DNA of 64,000 nucleotides from contig WFXO01000061.1 of assembly GCA_015490555.1 (NCBI GenBank), forward strand, positions 7,221 to 71,220. Reading direction: 5' to 3'. The position numbers and the translations under genes are program-made. The stretch's first letter is position 1. The number at the start of each line of letters is the position of its first letter. Origin of the DNA: a candidate division WOR-3 bacterium. Its GTDB lineage: Bacteria; Hydrothermota; Hydrothermia; WGAB01. Shown piece by piece: positions 44,908 through 54,700 of the stretch. The notes beneath the pieces were generated by a model, which worked only from the letters and a program-made list of their open reading frames with translations, searched no databases and was not told the DNA's origin.

Positions 44908-46527
44908 CTAAGCGTGTGAGGACAAACGCGCCTTTCGATATGCCAGAGCCGCTTTGAGGAAGTGGTAGAACAACGGGTGCGGGCGGAGGGGACGACTCTT
45001 GAATTCCGGATGGAACTGGACAGCGATGAAGAAGGGGTGATCCGGGATTTCCACGATCTCGACAAGGGTTCCATCCGGCGAGATCCCTGAAAGCCGCATC
45101 CCATGCTGTTCGAAAAGGGCCCGATATTTGGGATTGAATTCGTAACGATGACGGTGTCGTTCAACAATCTGTTCTTGGCCATAAACTTCGTATGCACGCG
45201 ACGGGCGAGCCAGGATCGCCGGGTAGCCTCCTAATCGGAGCGTGCCTCCATACGGCGTGTCCTCCCCTTGTCCTGGAAGCAATGTGATCACAGGGTAGGG
45301 GGTGTCCGGATCGAACTCCTTTGAATTGGCCTGGGGCCAGCCGATGACATGGCGTGCGAATTCAATACACGCCACCTGCATCCCCAAACACAGGCCCAGG
45401 TAAGGGACCTTCTGTTCACGGGCATACCGGACCGTTTGGATTTTGCCTTCAACCCCTCGGTGTCCGAAACCGCCGGGAATAAGGATGCCGTCAACATCCG
45501 CAAAATAGGGCTCCGGTCCCTCCTTTTCGACCCATTCGGTATTCACAAGACGGACTTGTAAGTCGGCCTGAAGTGCACACGCTGCATGGTCCAGGGCTTC
45601 AAAAACGCTCTTGTATGCATCCTTTAAATGAACATATTTCCCCGCCAGCGCGATTGTGACGGTGTGTTTGGGGGACCGGCACCGCTCCACCCATTCAATC
45701 CAGTCCTCTAACGAAGGCTCCGGAAGGTCCCATCCGAGGCTTTCCACAATGATTTGGTCCACCCGACGATCTTTGAGAATCAACGGGACTTTGTAAATAT
45801 TCGCAACATCGGGTTCTTCTATGACATGGCCGCGTGGGAGGTTCGCAAACAAAGCGATTTTGTCTTGGGCCTCCCGTGGGAGTTCAGACTCAACCCGACA
45901 CAACAGCAGATCGGGCTGGATCCCGATTTCCCGGAGTTTCATGACGGAGTGTTGGGTCGGCTTGGTTTTGACTTCCCCTGCGCTGGGGATGAACGGTACC
46001 AAGGTGATGTGGATGAAAAACGTCTTTTGGGGCCCTTCCTCGAGCCGCATCTGTCGGATGGCTTCCAGAAACGGCAAACTCTCGATATCCCCGACCGTTC
46101 CACCAATTTCGGAGATGACCACATCCACATCTGGCTTTGCCAGGAGTCGGATCCGTGATTTGATTTCTTCGGTGAGATGGGGGACCACCTGGACGGTTTT
46201 CCCCAAGAATCGGCCTTCCCGTTCCTTCTGAATCAAACTGAAGTAGACTTGTCCTGCGGTCACGTTATTGAAGCGGGTCATGTTTTCGTCTAAGAACCGT
46301 TCGTAATGGCCTAAATCGAGATCCGTTTCTGCACCGTCCTCGGTCACGAAGACCTCACCGTGCTGATAGGGGTTCATGGTCCCGGGGTCCACATTCAGAT
46401 AGGGGTCAAATTTCAGGAGGGAGACTCGAAGGCCACGACGCTTCAAGAGGAGGCCGATGGAGGCGGTGGCGATTCCTTTCCCCAGGGAAGAAACCACACC
46501 ACCTGTCACAAAAATGTACCTCGGCAT
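44908..46527 (-). CDS. pyrG: CTP synthase PyrG
   Basis: Start at MPRYIFVTGGVVSSLGKGI (ATG 46527), the canonical PyrG N-terminus. GATase domain with LGLCLGMQ. The track ORF extends 29 codons upstream. Confidence 0.95.
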   Translation of the reverse strand: MPRYIFVTGGVVSSLGKGIATASIGLLLKRRGLRVSLLKFDPYLNVDPGTMNPYQHGEVFVTEDGAETDLDLGHYERFLDENMTRFNNVTAGQVYFSLIQKEREGRFLGKTVQVVPHLTEEIKSRIRLLAKPDVDVVISEIGGTVGDIESLPFLEAIRQMRLEEGPQKTFFIHITLVPFIPSAGEVKTKPTQHSVMKLREIGIQPDLLLCRVESELPREAQDKIALFANLPRGHVIEEPDVANIYKVPLILKDRRVDQIIVESLGWDLPEPSLEDWIEWVERCRSPKHTVTIALAGKYVHLKDAYKSVFEALDHAACALQADLQVRLVNTEWVEKEGPEPYFADVDGILIPGGFGHRGVEGKIQTVRYAREQKVPYLGLCLGMQVACIEFARHVIGWPQANSKEFDPDTPYPVITLLPGQGEDTPYGGTLRLGGYPAILARPSRAYEVYGQEQIVERHRHRYEFNPKYRALFEQHGMRLSGISPDGTLVEIVEIPDHPFFIAVQFHPEFKSRPLRPHPLFYHFLKAALAYRKARLSSHA

Positions 46528-46533
46528 TCGTCT

Positions 46534-46562
46534 ATTATCGGCAATGGGTGGGACGTTTTCAA
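46534..46562 (-). promoter_or_regulatory. Promoter TTGAAA-17-GATAAT (minus strand), -10 ends 6 nt before pyrG ATG 46527 (leaderless-type)
   Basis: The minus strand reads cTTGAAAacgtcccacccattgccGATAATagacgaATG. Confidence 0.6.
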
Positions 46563-46589
46563 GTTGAATCAATCCTCCATGACATTTCC

Positions 46590-46619
46590 TTGATTCACAG
46601 GACGAAGAGTCCATAGAAT
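46590..46619 (+). promoter_or_regulatory. Promoter TTGATT-18-TAGAAT, -10 ends 6 nt before folK GTG 46626 (leaderless-type)
   Basis: TTGATT 46590-46595, TAGAAT 46614-46619, then tccatcGTG. Confidence 0.5.
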
Positions 46620-46625
46620 TCCATC

Positions 46626-47180
46626 GTGCGAAGGGAACAGGTACCTATGGATCGATCCCGTTCTTCAGTGGCCCAGTCAGGTGTGCTTCCCGTGGTTTGG
46701 ATTGGGATCGGTTTGAACCGCGGCTGCCGGAAACAAATATTGCGGCAAACGTGGAATCTCTTGTCGCACTTTTTGTTCCGAATCAAGGCAAGTCCGATTT
46801 ACGAGACTCCCCCCATCAGTGCGATTCCCCAGCCCCCCTACTGGAACCTTGTGATTCGTGCTTATACATCCCTGTTGCCGTGGGAACTGTTTCGACGGCT
46901 GAAGACTGTCGAACGCCAGGTCCAGCGGCTACCTGAGAAGCGATGGGGGGCCAGAGAGATGGATCTGGACCTTTTGTTTTATGACCACCTTGTTTGGCGG
47001 ACACCCGAACTCTCTATCCCCCATCCCAGACTGCATGAACGGGCGTTTGTCTTAAGGCCAATGGCCGACATCGAGCCCACCTGGCTCCATCCAGTGTACG
47101 GGAAAACTATCCAAGAATTGCTCCAGGATCTCGACAAAGTCCCTGATTTTCCAAAGGTTTCATTCCCCCTGTTTACCTGA
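46626..47180 (+). CDS. folK: 2-amino-4-hydroxy-6-hydroxymethyldihydropteridine diphosphokinase FolK
   Basis: SPIYETPP, REMDLDLLFYD, IPHPRLHERAFVLRPMADI. The start is uncertain: GTG 46626, ATG 46647 or GTG 46683. Confidence 0.88.
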   Translation: MRREQVPMDRSRSSVAQSGVLPVVWIGIGLNRGCRKQILRQTWNLLSHFLFRIKASPIYETPPISAIPQPPYWNLVIRAYTSLLPWELFRRLKTVERQVQRLPEKRWGAREMDLDLLFYDHLVWRTPELSIPHPRLHERAFVLRPMADIEPTWLHPVYGKTIQELLQDLDKVPDFPKVSFPLFT

Positions 47181-47321
47181 CCATTTTTTGCCTTTTATAA
47201 TTAGGCCGGCCTGAGCCGCTGGATCATGGATGAAATTCACAGGACTTCGAAGTGAGGATCGATGCAAATTCTCAACACTTAAGGGTCTACGGATGTACTA
47301 TTTGAGCATTTTTCATCGAAG

Positions 47322-49118
47322 ATGAGTCACCTTCATATCGGATATATTGACGGAGCGCGATTTAAAGAGGCCTTTATTGCCGGCGGGACTTGGGTGATCC
47401 ATAACCGAGACCGTCTGAATCGCATTAACGTCTTTCCCGTTGCGGATAAGGACACAGGAACCAACCTCCAGATTACCTTTTTGCGGACCATCCAAAAGAT
47501 CCGGGACGTAGAAGAACGGTCTCTTGGTGAGATGGTGAAGGCCATCGCCCGCGAACTGATTGTGGAGGCGAGGGGAAACTCCGGCGTCATTTTTTCTCAA
47601 TTTTTCTCTTCTTTGGCCGCTGCTTTGGAACAACACCGTAAGATTCATGCCCCTGAATTTGTCGAAGCCTTAAAACACGCCATCCACCGAACCTATGAAG
47701 GACTGGAGAGCCCGAAAGAGGGCACCATTCTCACCGTCATTCGGGAGAGCGTAGAACAAACCATCCAACAACATGCCCACGAACGGGATGTTTTCTATTT
47801 GCTCAAGAGGCTGCATGAACATGCACAGAGGACTCTCGAGAAAACCAAAGAAATGCTCCCTCAACTGCGTAAGGCACAAGTTGTCGATGCCGGAGGGATG
47901 GCCTACGTTCTCTTCCTCCAAGGTGTCCTGAAACTTTTGAGGGAAGGCAGACATGTTGTCGAAACCCTCTTGGAAAAGATCCATGATGTCCAAGAAACAG
48001 AAGAGGTGTTCTTTGACGAAACTCCAAACTTCCGTTTCTGCACCGAGGCTGTGCTCCGAACCTATTCCAAGAAAATCAACCGACAGCGAATTATGGAGGC
48101 CCTCCGATCTTTTGGAGATTCTCTGGTCGTCGTCGGCCAGGAAGATACATATCACATTCATATCCATACGGATACGCCCAACCAAGTGTACCAAGCACTC
48201 GGTGTATTTGGCGAAATCGTCCGTAAAAAAGTGCAAGACATGATTGCCCAGTCTCAGGGAATCCAGAAGAAGGCCGTCACAGTGGCGATGGATTCGACTT
48301 GTGATTTACCGGTGAGGCTTAGAGAAGAACTTGGAATCTTGATCGTGCCCCAACAAATCGTATTAAAAGACCGAATTTTGAAGGATCGAATCGACATTCA
48401 GCCCGAGGAGGTTCTATCCCGTCTGGTACGAGGGGAAGAGGTCAAGACCTCACAAGCCACGCCGGAGGACATCCGAAGAGTTTATGAGAAGGCTTTGGAA
48501 AAAGCCGATCATGTTTTAATGTTGGTGGTTTCATCAAAACTCTCCGGAACTTACCTGAATTGTATGAATGTCGCCCAACTGTTTGAAGGGCGTGTCACAG
48601 TTTTTGATACTCTCTCCATCTCCTTGGGGATCACCCTGCAGGCGTTAGAAGCGTTGGACCTTGCAGAACAGGGACTTCCTCCAGAGGAAATCGTTGAGAT
48701 CTTGAAGAAAAAACGAGATCGAGCCCTCCTGTATTTTTACTTGCCAACGCTGAAGTACCTTATGCAGGGAGGCCGGATTGGGCGCGTCCAGGGGCGGATC
48801 GGGATGTTCCTCAAACTCCGCCTTTTGATGGCACTCGAGGAGGGTGCCATTGTTAAAAAAGAAACCGCCTTCAGTGAAGGACGGATTATTCAGAAACTCA
48901 AGAAACGCCTCCTGCAAGAAATCCCAAAAGATCAACCTTATGACTTTGCTGTAGCCTGGAATACCGATGGCCACGTGTTGAAAGAATTGGAACCGTTTAT
49001 CCGAGAAAACTTTACCGTTCGGAGGTTTCTAACCGGCACCATCACGCCGGTGATCAGTGTCCATACAGGCCCCCACGCATGGGGCGTCTTCGCCTCCCCG
49101 GTGGTGTCCCCGAGGTAG
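47322..49118 (+). CDS. Fusion protein: DAK2/FakA-like kinase N-terminal and middle domains plus a complete DegV (FakB-like fatty-acid-binding) domain
   Basis: 598 aa. N-terminal NVFPVADKDTGTNLQIT (compare YloV/FakA NVFPVPDGDTGTN). Middle FCTEAV...GDSLVVVGQEDTYHIHIHTD. C-terminal 290 aa carries DegV motifs VAMDSTCDLP, TSQATPEDI, VSSKLSGTY, LKYLMQGGRIG, VHTGPHAWGV. Confidence 0.8.
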   Translation: MSHLHIGYIDGARFKEAFIAGGTWVIHNRDRLNRINVFPVADKDTGTNLQITFLRTIQKIRDVEERSLGEMVKAIARELIVEARGNSGVIFSQFFSSLAAALEQHRKIHAPEFVEALKHAIHRTYEGLESPKEGTILTVIRESVEQTIQQHAHERDVFYLLKRLHEHAQRTLEKTKEMLPQLRKAQVVDAGGMAYVLFLQGVLKLLREGRHVVETLLEKIHDVQETEEVFFDETPNFRFCTEAVLRTYSKKINRQRIMEALRSFGDSLVVVGQEDTYHIHIHTDTPNQVYQALGVFGEIVRKKVQDMIAQSQGIQKKAVTVAMDSTCDLPVRLREELGILIVPQQIVLKDRILKDRIDIQPEEVLSRLVRGEEVKTSQATPEDIRRVYEKALEKADHVLMLVVSSKLSGTYLNCMNVAQLFEGRVTVFDTLSISLGITLQALEALDLAEQGLPPEEIVEILKKKRDRALLYFYLPTLKYLMQGGRIGRVQGRIGMFLKLRLLMALEEGAIVKKETAFSEGRIIQKLKKRLLQEIPKDQPYDFAVAWNTDGHVLKELEPFIRENFTVRRFLTGTITPVISVHTGPHAWGVFASPVVSPR

Positions 49119-49151
49119 CCTCCTTTGTCGCATCCCCTGTGTAGCGAGCGT

Positions 49152-49180
49152 TTGTATTCTCTGTGTGAGGTGTGTAAAAT
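49152..49180 (+). promoter_or_regulatory. Promoter TTGTAT-17-TAAAAT (with upstream TGTG), -10 ends 6 nt before ATG 49187 (leaderless-type)
   Basis: TTGTAT 49152-49157. tgTGTAAAAT with the -10 at 49175-49180, then gagatcATG. Confidence 0.5.
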
Positions 49181-49186
49181 GAGATC

Positions 49187-50005
49187 ATGCGTCATCGGTG
49201 GTTCGTACTCTTCATACTTGGGGCCGTAGGAGCACCCCTTTCTGTATCGGCACAAGGGTGGGACTCTGTTTGGGTCTCTCTCGAGTCATCTCCTCCTTAC
49301 AGTCCCACCACGTTGACCCAGATCGCCGTGGGAGACACATTATTTCTTCGAGTGGGATTCAGCACGACGGACACCCTCAGTCAGTTCACCTTGGGGCTCA
49401 CATACGACACGCGGAAGTTTTCACCCATTGAAATCGGTTTTGACGTGGTTGATGCTGTCACGGGACAACCTTTCGATGCATGGACATTTTGGAGTCCAAC
49501 GTCTTTTAGTCAAACTTGCGGGATCCCGATCGGCGACTCCCTCTGTATTGCTACCTGGTTTGGTATGACCCTGATGGGGTCCCTGTTCCCTTTACCTCCA
49601 GGGCAGTGGATGGTGGGGACCCTTCGACTGGTCGCCACTTCGCCGGGTCCTACTGTATTGGTCCCTGCATATCTGGATACCAGCACTTTTAAACTTCCCA
49701 TCCCCCTCTTGGTGGAGATTCAGACATCTGTTGCAGAAAACACGCCAAAGCAAGATCAAAAACTACGCATTGTTTACCAGGAAAGCCAAGGGGTTCTTAA
49801 AATAACGGGGACTCGTCCTTCTCAGGTGACCTTAGATTTATGGGACGTCACGGGACGAAGGATTTGGCAGACTCGTGTTCGATTTTCTCCTCCGCTCCTC
49901 TTGCTTCCCCTTCATTCTCACTTCACTGGATCTTCCGTTTATCTGCTTCGTCTCCGAACAGAACAGGGCGAAACGTATCTCTTCAAGATCTGGGGTACTC
50001 GCTGA
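49187..50005 (+). CDS. Secreted cohesin-like domain protein with T9SS-type C-terminal domain
   Basis: Signal MRHRWFVLFILGAVGAPLSVSAQG. ...GDTLFLRVGFSTTDTLSQFTLGLTYDTRKFSPIEI is cohesin-like. Tail ...VTLDLWDVTGRRIW...SSVYLLRLRTEQGETYLFKIWGTR. Confidence 0.7.
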   Translation: MRHRWFVLFILGAVGAPLSVSAQGWDSVWVSLESSPPYSPTTLTQIAVGDTLFLRVGFSTTDTLSQFTLGLTYDTRKFSPIEIGFDVVDAVTGQPFDAWTFWSPTSFSQTCGIPIGDSLCIATWFGMTLMGSLFPLPPGQWMVGTLRLVATSPGPTVLVPAYLDTSTFKLPIPLLVEIQTSVAENTPKQDQKLRIVYQESQGVLKITGTRPSQVTLDLWDVTGRRIWQTRVRFSPPLLLLPLHSHFTGSSVYLLRLRTEQGETYLFKIWGTR

Positions 50006-50013
50006 GGATTAGA

Positions 50014-51699
50014 ATGATCTGGCTATGGGTCCTGGTTCTCACCATTCCCCTTTCTGACCAGCCGGTGTGGGAATCAGTCTCGGGATTTTATTCCACCGGA
50101 GGAGGGTTTGCGGACATGAACGGGGACGGGTACCCGGATCTCTTTGTGGCCAACGGGAACGACATGGCTGCACAGCCTAACCATGTGTTTGTGAACGACG
50201 GAGGAACCCTCCAATTCCTTCCCACCTGGGTATCCCAAGACTTGCAATATTCTGGCCATTTGGCCGTGGGGGACCTCAACCAAGATGGCTGGCCGGATCT
50301 GGTCGTGGCCAACTATTCTGGCTACACCGTCGGGTGGCCCCCACAACTCAGCGTGGTCTACCTCAACGAAGGGGGGACCCTTTCTCCCACTCCTTCCTGG
50401 GTTCCAGCGGATTCCTTCCGGAGTTTCTCCTGTGCCTTGGGGGATTACGACAATGACGGGGACCTGGATGTCGTTTTTGCCGCAGGGGAGCGGTATAGCC
50501 AGCATCCAGATGTCCTTCGTCTCTATCGGAATTTAACCCAGGAACCGGATTCGGGACTCCTCACATCCATCCCTGTGTGGACCTCTGCACAAGCTTATTA
50601 TGCGTATGACGTGACCTTTGCCGACCTCAACCGGGACGGATGGCTGGATCTCGTTGTTGCCGTTGATGGGGGCAGGAATATGGTGTTTTTGAATGAGCAG
50701 GGGAGTTTCCCGACAACACCCAGTTGGACCTCCGCAGATACCTATGGGACGATCCAAATTGCGGTTGCGGACGTGGATCGCGATGGGTGGCCGGATCTCG
50801 CAGCCGCAGATAACGGCCAATTGGGAGGGATCTCTCGGTTTCGACTCTACCGGAATGTCCAAGGAACCCTGGAAGCGCAGGCCTCCTGGGTCTCCGAAGA
50901 ACCCCGGACGTATTGCTCCACGGTGGCATTCGCAGACTTGAATGCAGATGGGTACCCGGAGTTGGCAGGAGGTGGATGGTGGGAACCCGTGGTCGTCTAT
51001 GAAAATCTCCAGGGTGACTTGTCTCCTGTGGCATCCTGGTCGTATTTAACCCCCAACTCGAATAACTTGGTCTGTGAGCACATTACCTTTGCGGATGTCG
51101 ATTTACACGCTTTGGTGACGGTAGAGGAGACCTTGGAAATTTGGGCAGGCCGACCTGCCTTTGGGGCTTGGCCGTTGCGTCACTTCCCCGTCCATTCCGT
51201 CCTCGAAGTCCTGGCACAAAATGTCCAAACTGGGGTATGGGACACCCTTTCCCCCTCGCAATGGACGCTTCTGGTGGAATCCGGATGGATCACGATTGCA
51301 GATCCAGGATACCCGGTCTCCATGTACCGGATCCGATACCAATCCTCGATGGCTGTCGATCTCTTGGTAACGAACTGGGCTCCAGGCGCGGGCAATTTCC
51401 TTTTCGAGAACACGTTGGTGGCCGTGGAAGAGCGGAGAGGTACGGATCGACCGAACCCCAGAGAACCCGTTGTGTTTCCCAATCCCACCCCCGGCCCCCT
51501 GTCGATCCTCACCCACGAAGATCTTCGTCAAATTGAGGTGTTGGATCGTGTAGGGCGAATCGTGCCCGTCATTATGGGGTCTTTCAAAAAAGGCAATATT
51601 CATGTGACCTTACCCAAAGACCTTCCTCAAGGAATTTATATCCTTCGGATCCATACCCCCACGAAAACTTATCGTCTGCCCGTAATCCTCCTGAGATAA
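50014..51699 (+). CDS. FG-GAP/VCBS repeat (integrin-alpha-like beta-propeller) protein with T9SS-type C-terminal domain
   Basis: Start at MIWLWVLVLTIPLS (ATG 50014). Six Ca-binding-type loops: DMNGDGYPD, DLNQDGWPD, DYDNDGDLD, DLNRDGWLD, DVDRDGWPD, DLNADGYPE. Tail VVFPNPTPGPLSI...GIYILRIHTPTKTYRLPVILLR. Confidence 0.88.
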   Translation: MIWLWVLVLTIPLSDQPVWESVSGFYSTGGGFADMNGDGYPDLFVANGNDMAAQPNHVFVNDGGTLQFLPTWVSQDLQYSGHLAVGDLNQDGWPDLVVANYSGYTVGWPPQLSVVYLNEGGTLSPTPSWVPADSFRSFSCALGDYDNDGDLDVVFAAGERYSQHPDVLRLYRNLTQEPDSGLLTSIPVWTSAQAYYAYDVTFADLNRDGWLDLVVAVDGGRNMVFLNEQGSFPTTPSWTSADTYGTIQIAVADVDRDGWPDLAAADNGQLGGISRFRLYRNVQGTLEAQASWVSEEPRTYCSTVAFADLNADGYPELAGGGWWEPVVVYENLQGDLSPVASWSYLTPNSNNLVCEHITFADVDLHALVTVEETLEIWAGRPAFGAWPLRHFPVHSVLEVLAQNVQTGVWDTLSPSQWTLLVESGWITIADPGYPVSMYRIRYQSSMAVDLLVTNWAPGAGNFLFENTLVAVEERRGTDRPNPREPVVFPNPTPGPLSILTHEDLRQIEVLDRVGRIVPVIMGSFKKGNIHVTLPKDLPQGIYILRIHTPTKTYRLPVILLR

Positions 51700-51702
51700 A
51701 AG

Positions 51703-51751
51703 GTTCAGAAATTCCAGGATAAATAAAACTGTCTGAACTTGTTTTCCGTTT
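51703..51751 (+). terminator. Weak candidate intrinsic terminator after the FG-GAP gene
   Basis: GTTCAGA (51703-51709) pairs with TCTGAAC (51732-51738), but the loop is 22 nt. It is followed by TTGTTTTCCGTTT. It overlaps the -35 of the next promoter. Confidence 0.25.
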
Positions 51752-51767
51752 ATAAAGCGCCTATAAT
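51739..51767 (+). promoter_or_regulatory. Promoter TTGTTT-17-TATAAT for the histidine kinase gene (leadered)
   Basis: TATAAT 51762-51767. A 23-nt leader with GGAGGGAGG Shine-Dalgarno precedes ATG 51791. Confidence 0.5.
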
Positions 51768-51790
51768 GAGGTGGAGGGAGGCGAGAGACC

Positions 51791-54700
51791 ATGCAACAAT
51801 CCGTCCATCGCTCTTTACTCTTGCAGACCTTCATTCTCTTTGCTCTCCTATCCTTGGTGGGCGGGGTTACCTATCGGTTGATGTCGCGGGGAACTCGACT
51901 CCTCAAGGATTATCATCGAACTTGTACGGCCTTTGACCAACTCACAGAACTCGAACTGGAACTCACTCAACTTCAGAAAGATTTGTCTCAATTCTGGATC
52001 CAGCCTCTCCATCCCAAAGAACTCCGCCCCCGCATCTTGCAAATTCAGACCCTTGGGGATCGCCTCCGGTCCCTGGGGCTCCTCGGTGAAGACTGGGATG
52101 CCTTTCGGACAACTTTAACTGCACAGTTCGACAAATTTTCCAAAGTCCCGGTCGAGAATCGGGCTCAGCAAAATCAGGTCGCGGCCCAACTCATCCGAGT
52201 GCTTCAGGACTTTGAGCCGTCAATCGAAGTCAATCGGCAGGCGCTTCAGTCTCATCTTTCCGTGCTACGCCGTCAGACCGAACAGTTTCCCTCGCGAGTT
52301 CGACCGTGGTTTCTTGTGAGTGTACTCTTGACCTTTTTGGTTTTGGTTGTGGTGGTGTATCGGTACACCGAGGTTCTTCTCCAGGCCTATCAACGTCATG
52401 AAGAAGAGATGCGGCAACATTTAGACCGAGAGCAACAATTACGGGCGTTAGCCTCCACCTTAAGCGGGATCACCGATCTCGAGTCTTTAATGAGCGAATT
52501 ATTACCCAATGCGGTGAAGTTGGTCCACGCAGATGCTGGAACGGTTGCCGTGTACGATCGTGAACGGGGAGCCATCTTTTACCCTTACCACTACAATTTG
52601 CCCGAGTCGCTGAAACAAGTTGTAGTGCCCAAGGATGCGGGACTGGCAGGCGAAGTTCTCCGAACCGGACAAATTCACGTATTAGACGATTATCGTCAGC
52701 ATCCCTCGGCCTTGGCCCCATGGATTGAGGCTGTGGTGCGTGCAACCATCGCATTGCCCTTAGCGGTCGAGGGGGAATTGGAAGGGGTCTTGGGCTTTTT
52801 CCGACTACACCGGGAGGACCCCTTTTCCCAAGAGGAAGTTGAAACAGCCCGGGTCGTTGCAGATATTGCCGCCGTCGCTTTACATCGCGCCAAACTCCAT
52901 CTCAAAGAGCAGAAGAGAGCCTCCCAACTGGCGGTCGTTTCTGATATCGCACAACATATCTCTCACTTGTACGATGAAGCACTGATCCTTCAAGAAGCCG
53001 CAGATGCCCTGTTCCGTGCCTTTCATTTTTACGATGTGATCCTTTTTACCTATGATCCAGAAAATCAAGAAATCTGGATCCGAGGGCGAGCAGGATGGGG
53101 CGTTCGTCCCAGTGCGCAACTTCGCTGGCCTTTGTCCCGGACCGGGATTATCCAGTGGGTCATCGAACAGCGGAAACCTTTGTGTGTGAACGATGTCACC
53201 AGGGACCCACGATACAAGCCATTTATGCCGAAGACTCGTTCAGAAGTGTGTGTTCCGATCCTTGAAGAAGACCGGGTAATTGGAGGGATGAATATCGAAA
53301 GTGAACGTCCCTATGCCTTTGATGAAGCGGATATTTCGACATTGACCGCACTGGCTGCGGAGATCGGGATCGCATTAAAGAATGCACGACTCATTTCCTC
53401 GCTGGAGCGTCGTCTGGATGAACTCTCCGCCCTCTATCAAGTCGGGCGAGCCGCCGCTTCTACCCTCCATTTAGACGAACTTATGGAGGTGATCTACCAG
53501 GAGGTTACACGGGTTTTCCATGCCGATGCCTTTTTCATTGCACTGTACGATTCGGACCGTGAAGAATTGGAGTACCGAATCCGCGTTGACCAGGGTCTTC
53601 GGGAGCCTCCGACCCGGCGCCCTCTGGACCGGGGCTTAACCGCAACCATCGTCCGTACCAAGAAACCCATTGTGATTTCTGATTTCCAGAAAGAAAAGGA
53701 CCAATTCCCAGAAGTACAGTATTGGGGAACCATGGAAGCCCCGGATTCTTGGATCGGCGTTCCGCTTTTGCGAGGGGAGGAGGTCCTTGGCGTAATGTCT
53801 CTCCAAGCCTACCGTCCCCATGCATATGGAGAGACCGAACAGAAGATCTTAATGGCCCTTGCAGATACCTTGGCCCTGGCGATCCACAACGCACGATTGT
53901 TTGAGGAAACTCGCCGGCAGGCACAAATGGTCTCCGCTCTTCACCATGTCCTTCGATATGCTGCACAGGAGACATCCTTGGAGGACCTCCTGGAGTCGAC
54001 CTTAACCGAAATGGCCAAAATTCTCCATGTCCCTTACGGGGCCATTTGGGTAGGGGAAACGAGAGTGACATTGGGAATTCCTGATGCATGGGTCCAGGAA
54101 GTTTGTAGCCAGTTTCAAGATTACCGTTTCCCACTGGATCGGACTGTCGCGATTTCTCGGCGTTCCCTTCAGAGAGAACAGATGGACCCGTCCGTAGCCT
54201 CCCTTTTAGAGTCGTGGGGGATTGAAGCGCTGGTGTTGGCACCCATTCGGATGAGGGGGCAACAGATCGGATCCATCGCATTTCTTTCAGAATCTCCACG
54301 GTATTGGACGGAAGAGGAAGTCGAGTTCGTGACCTCCGTGGGCCAACAATTGGGAGATGTTTTGGATCGGCAACGCCTGATGATCCAGATCCAAGAACAG
54401 GCACGTCACTTGCAAAGTGTACTGACCAATGTTCAAGAAGGGATCCTGTTGATGGACCCCCAAAACCGGGTGATCCTTACAAACCCTCTGGCCGAAGAGT
54501 ATCTCGATATTCTGGCGGCTGAGATTCGTCAAGGGGCGCTTTTGAAAATAGCAGGCCGGGATATTGAGGAGTTCCGAGAGCCCCACCCGGAGGTAGGCTA
54601 CCATGAGGTTGAGGTCTCCCATCCGCACCCTCGGGTCTTTGCCATTCAGATGTCTCCCGTCTTAGAAGAGGATGCAATCCGTGGCTGGGTGATGGTGATT

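Noticed and set aside
47226-47255. 9-codon upstream ORF (MDEIHRTSK) before the DAK2-DegV gene
   Set aside because: It is too short to evaluate, has no RBS, and its conservation cannot be assessed from the sequence alone.
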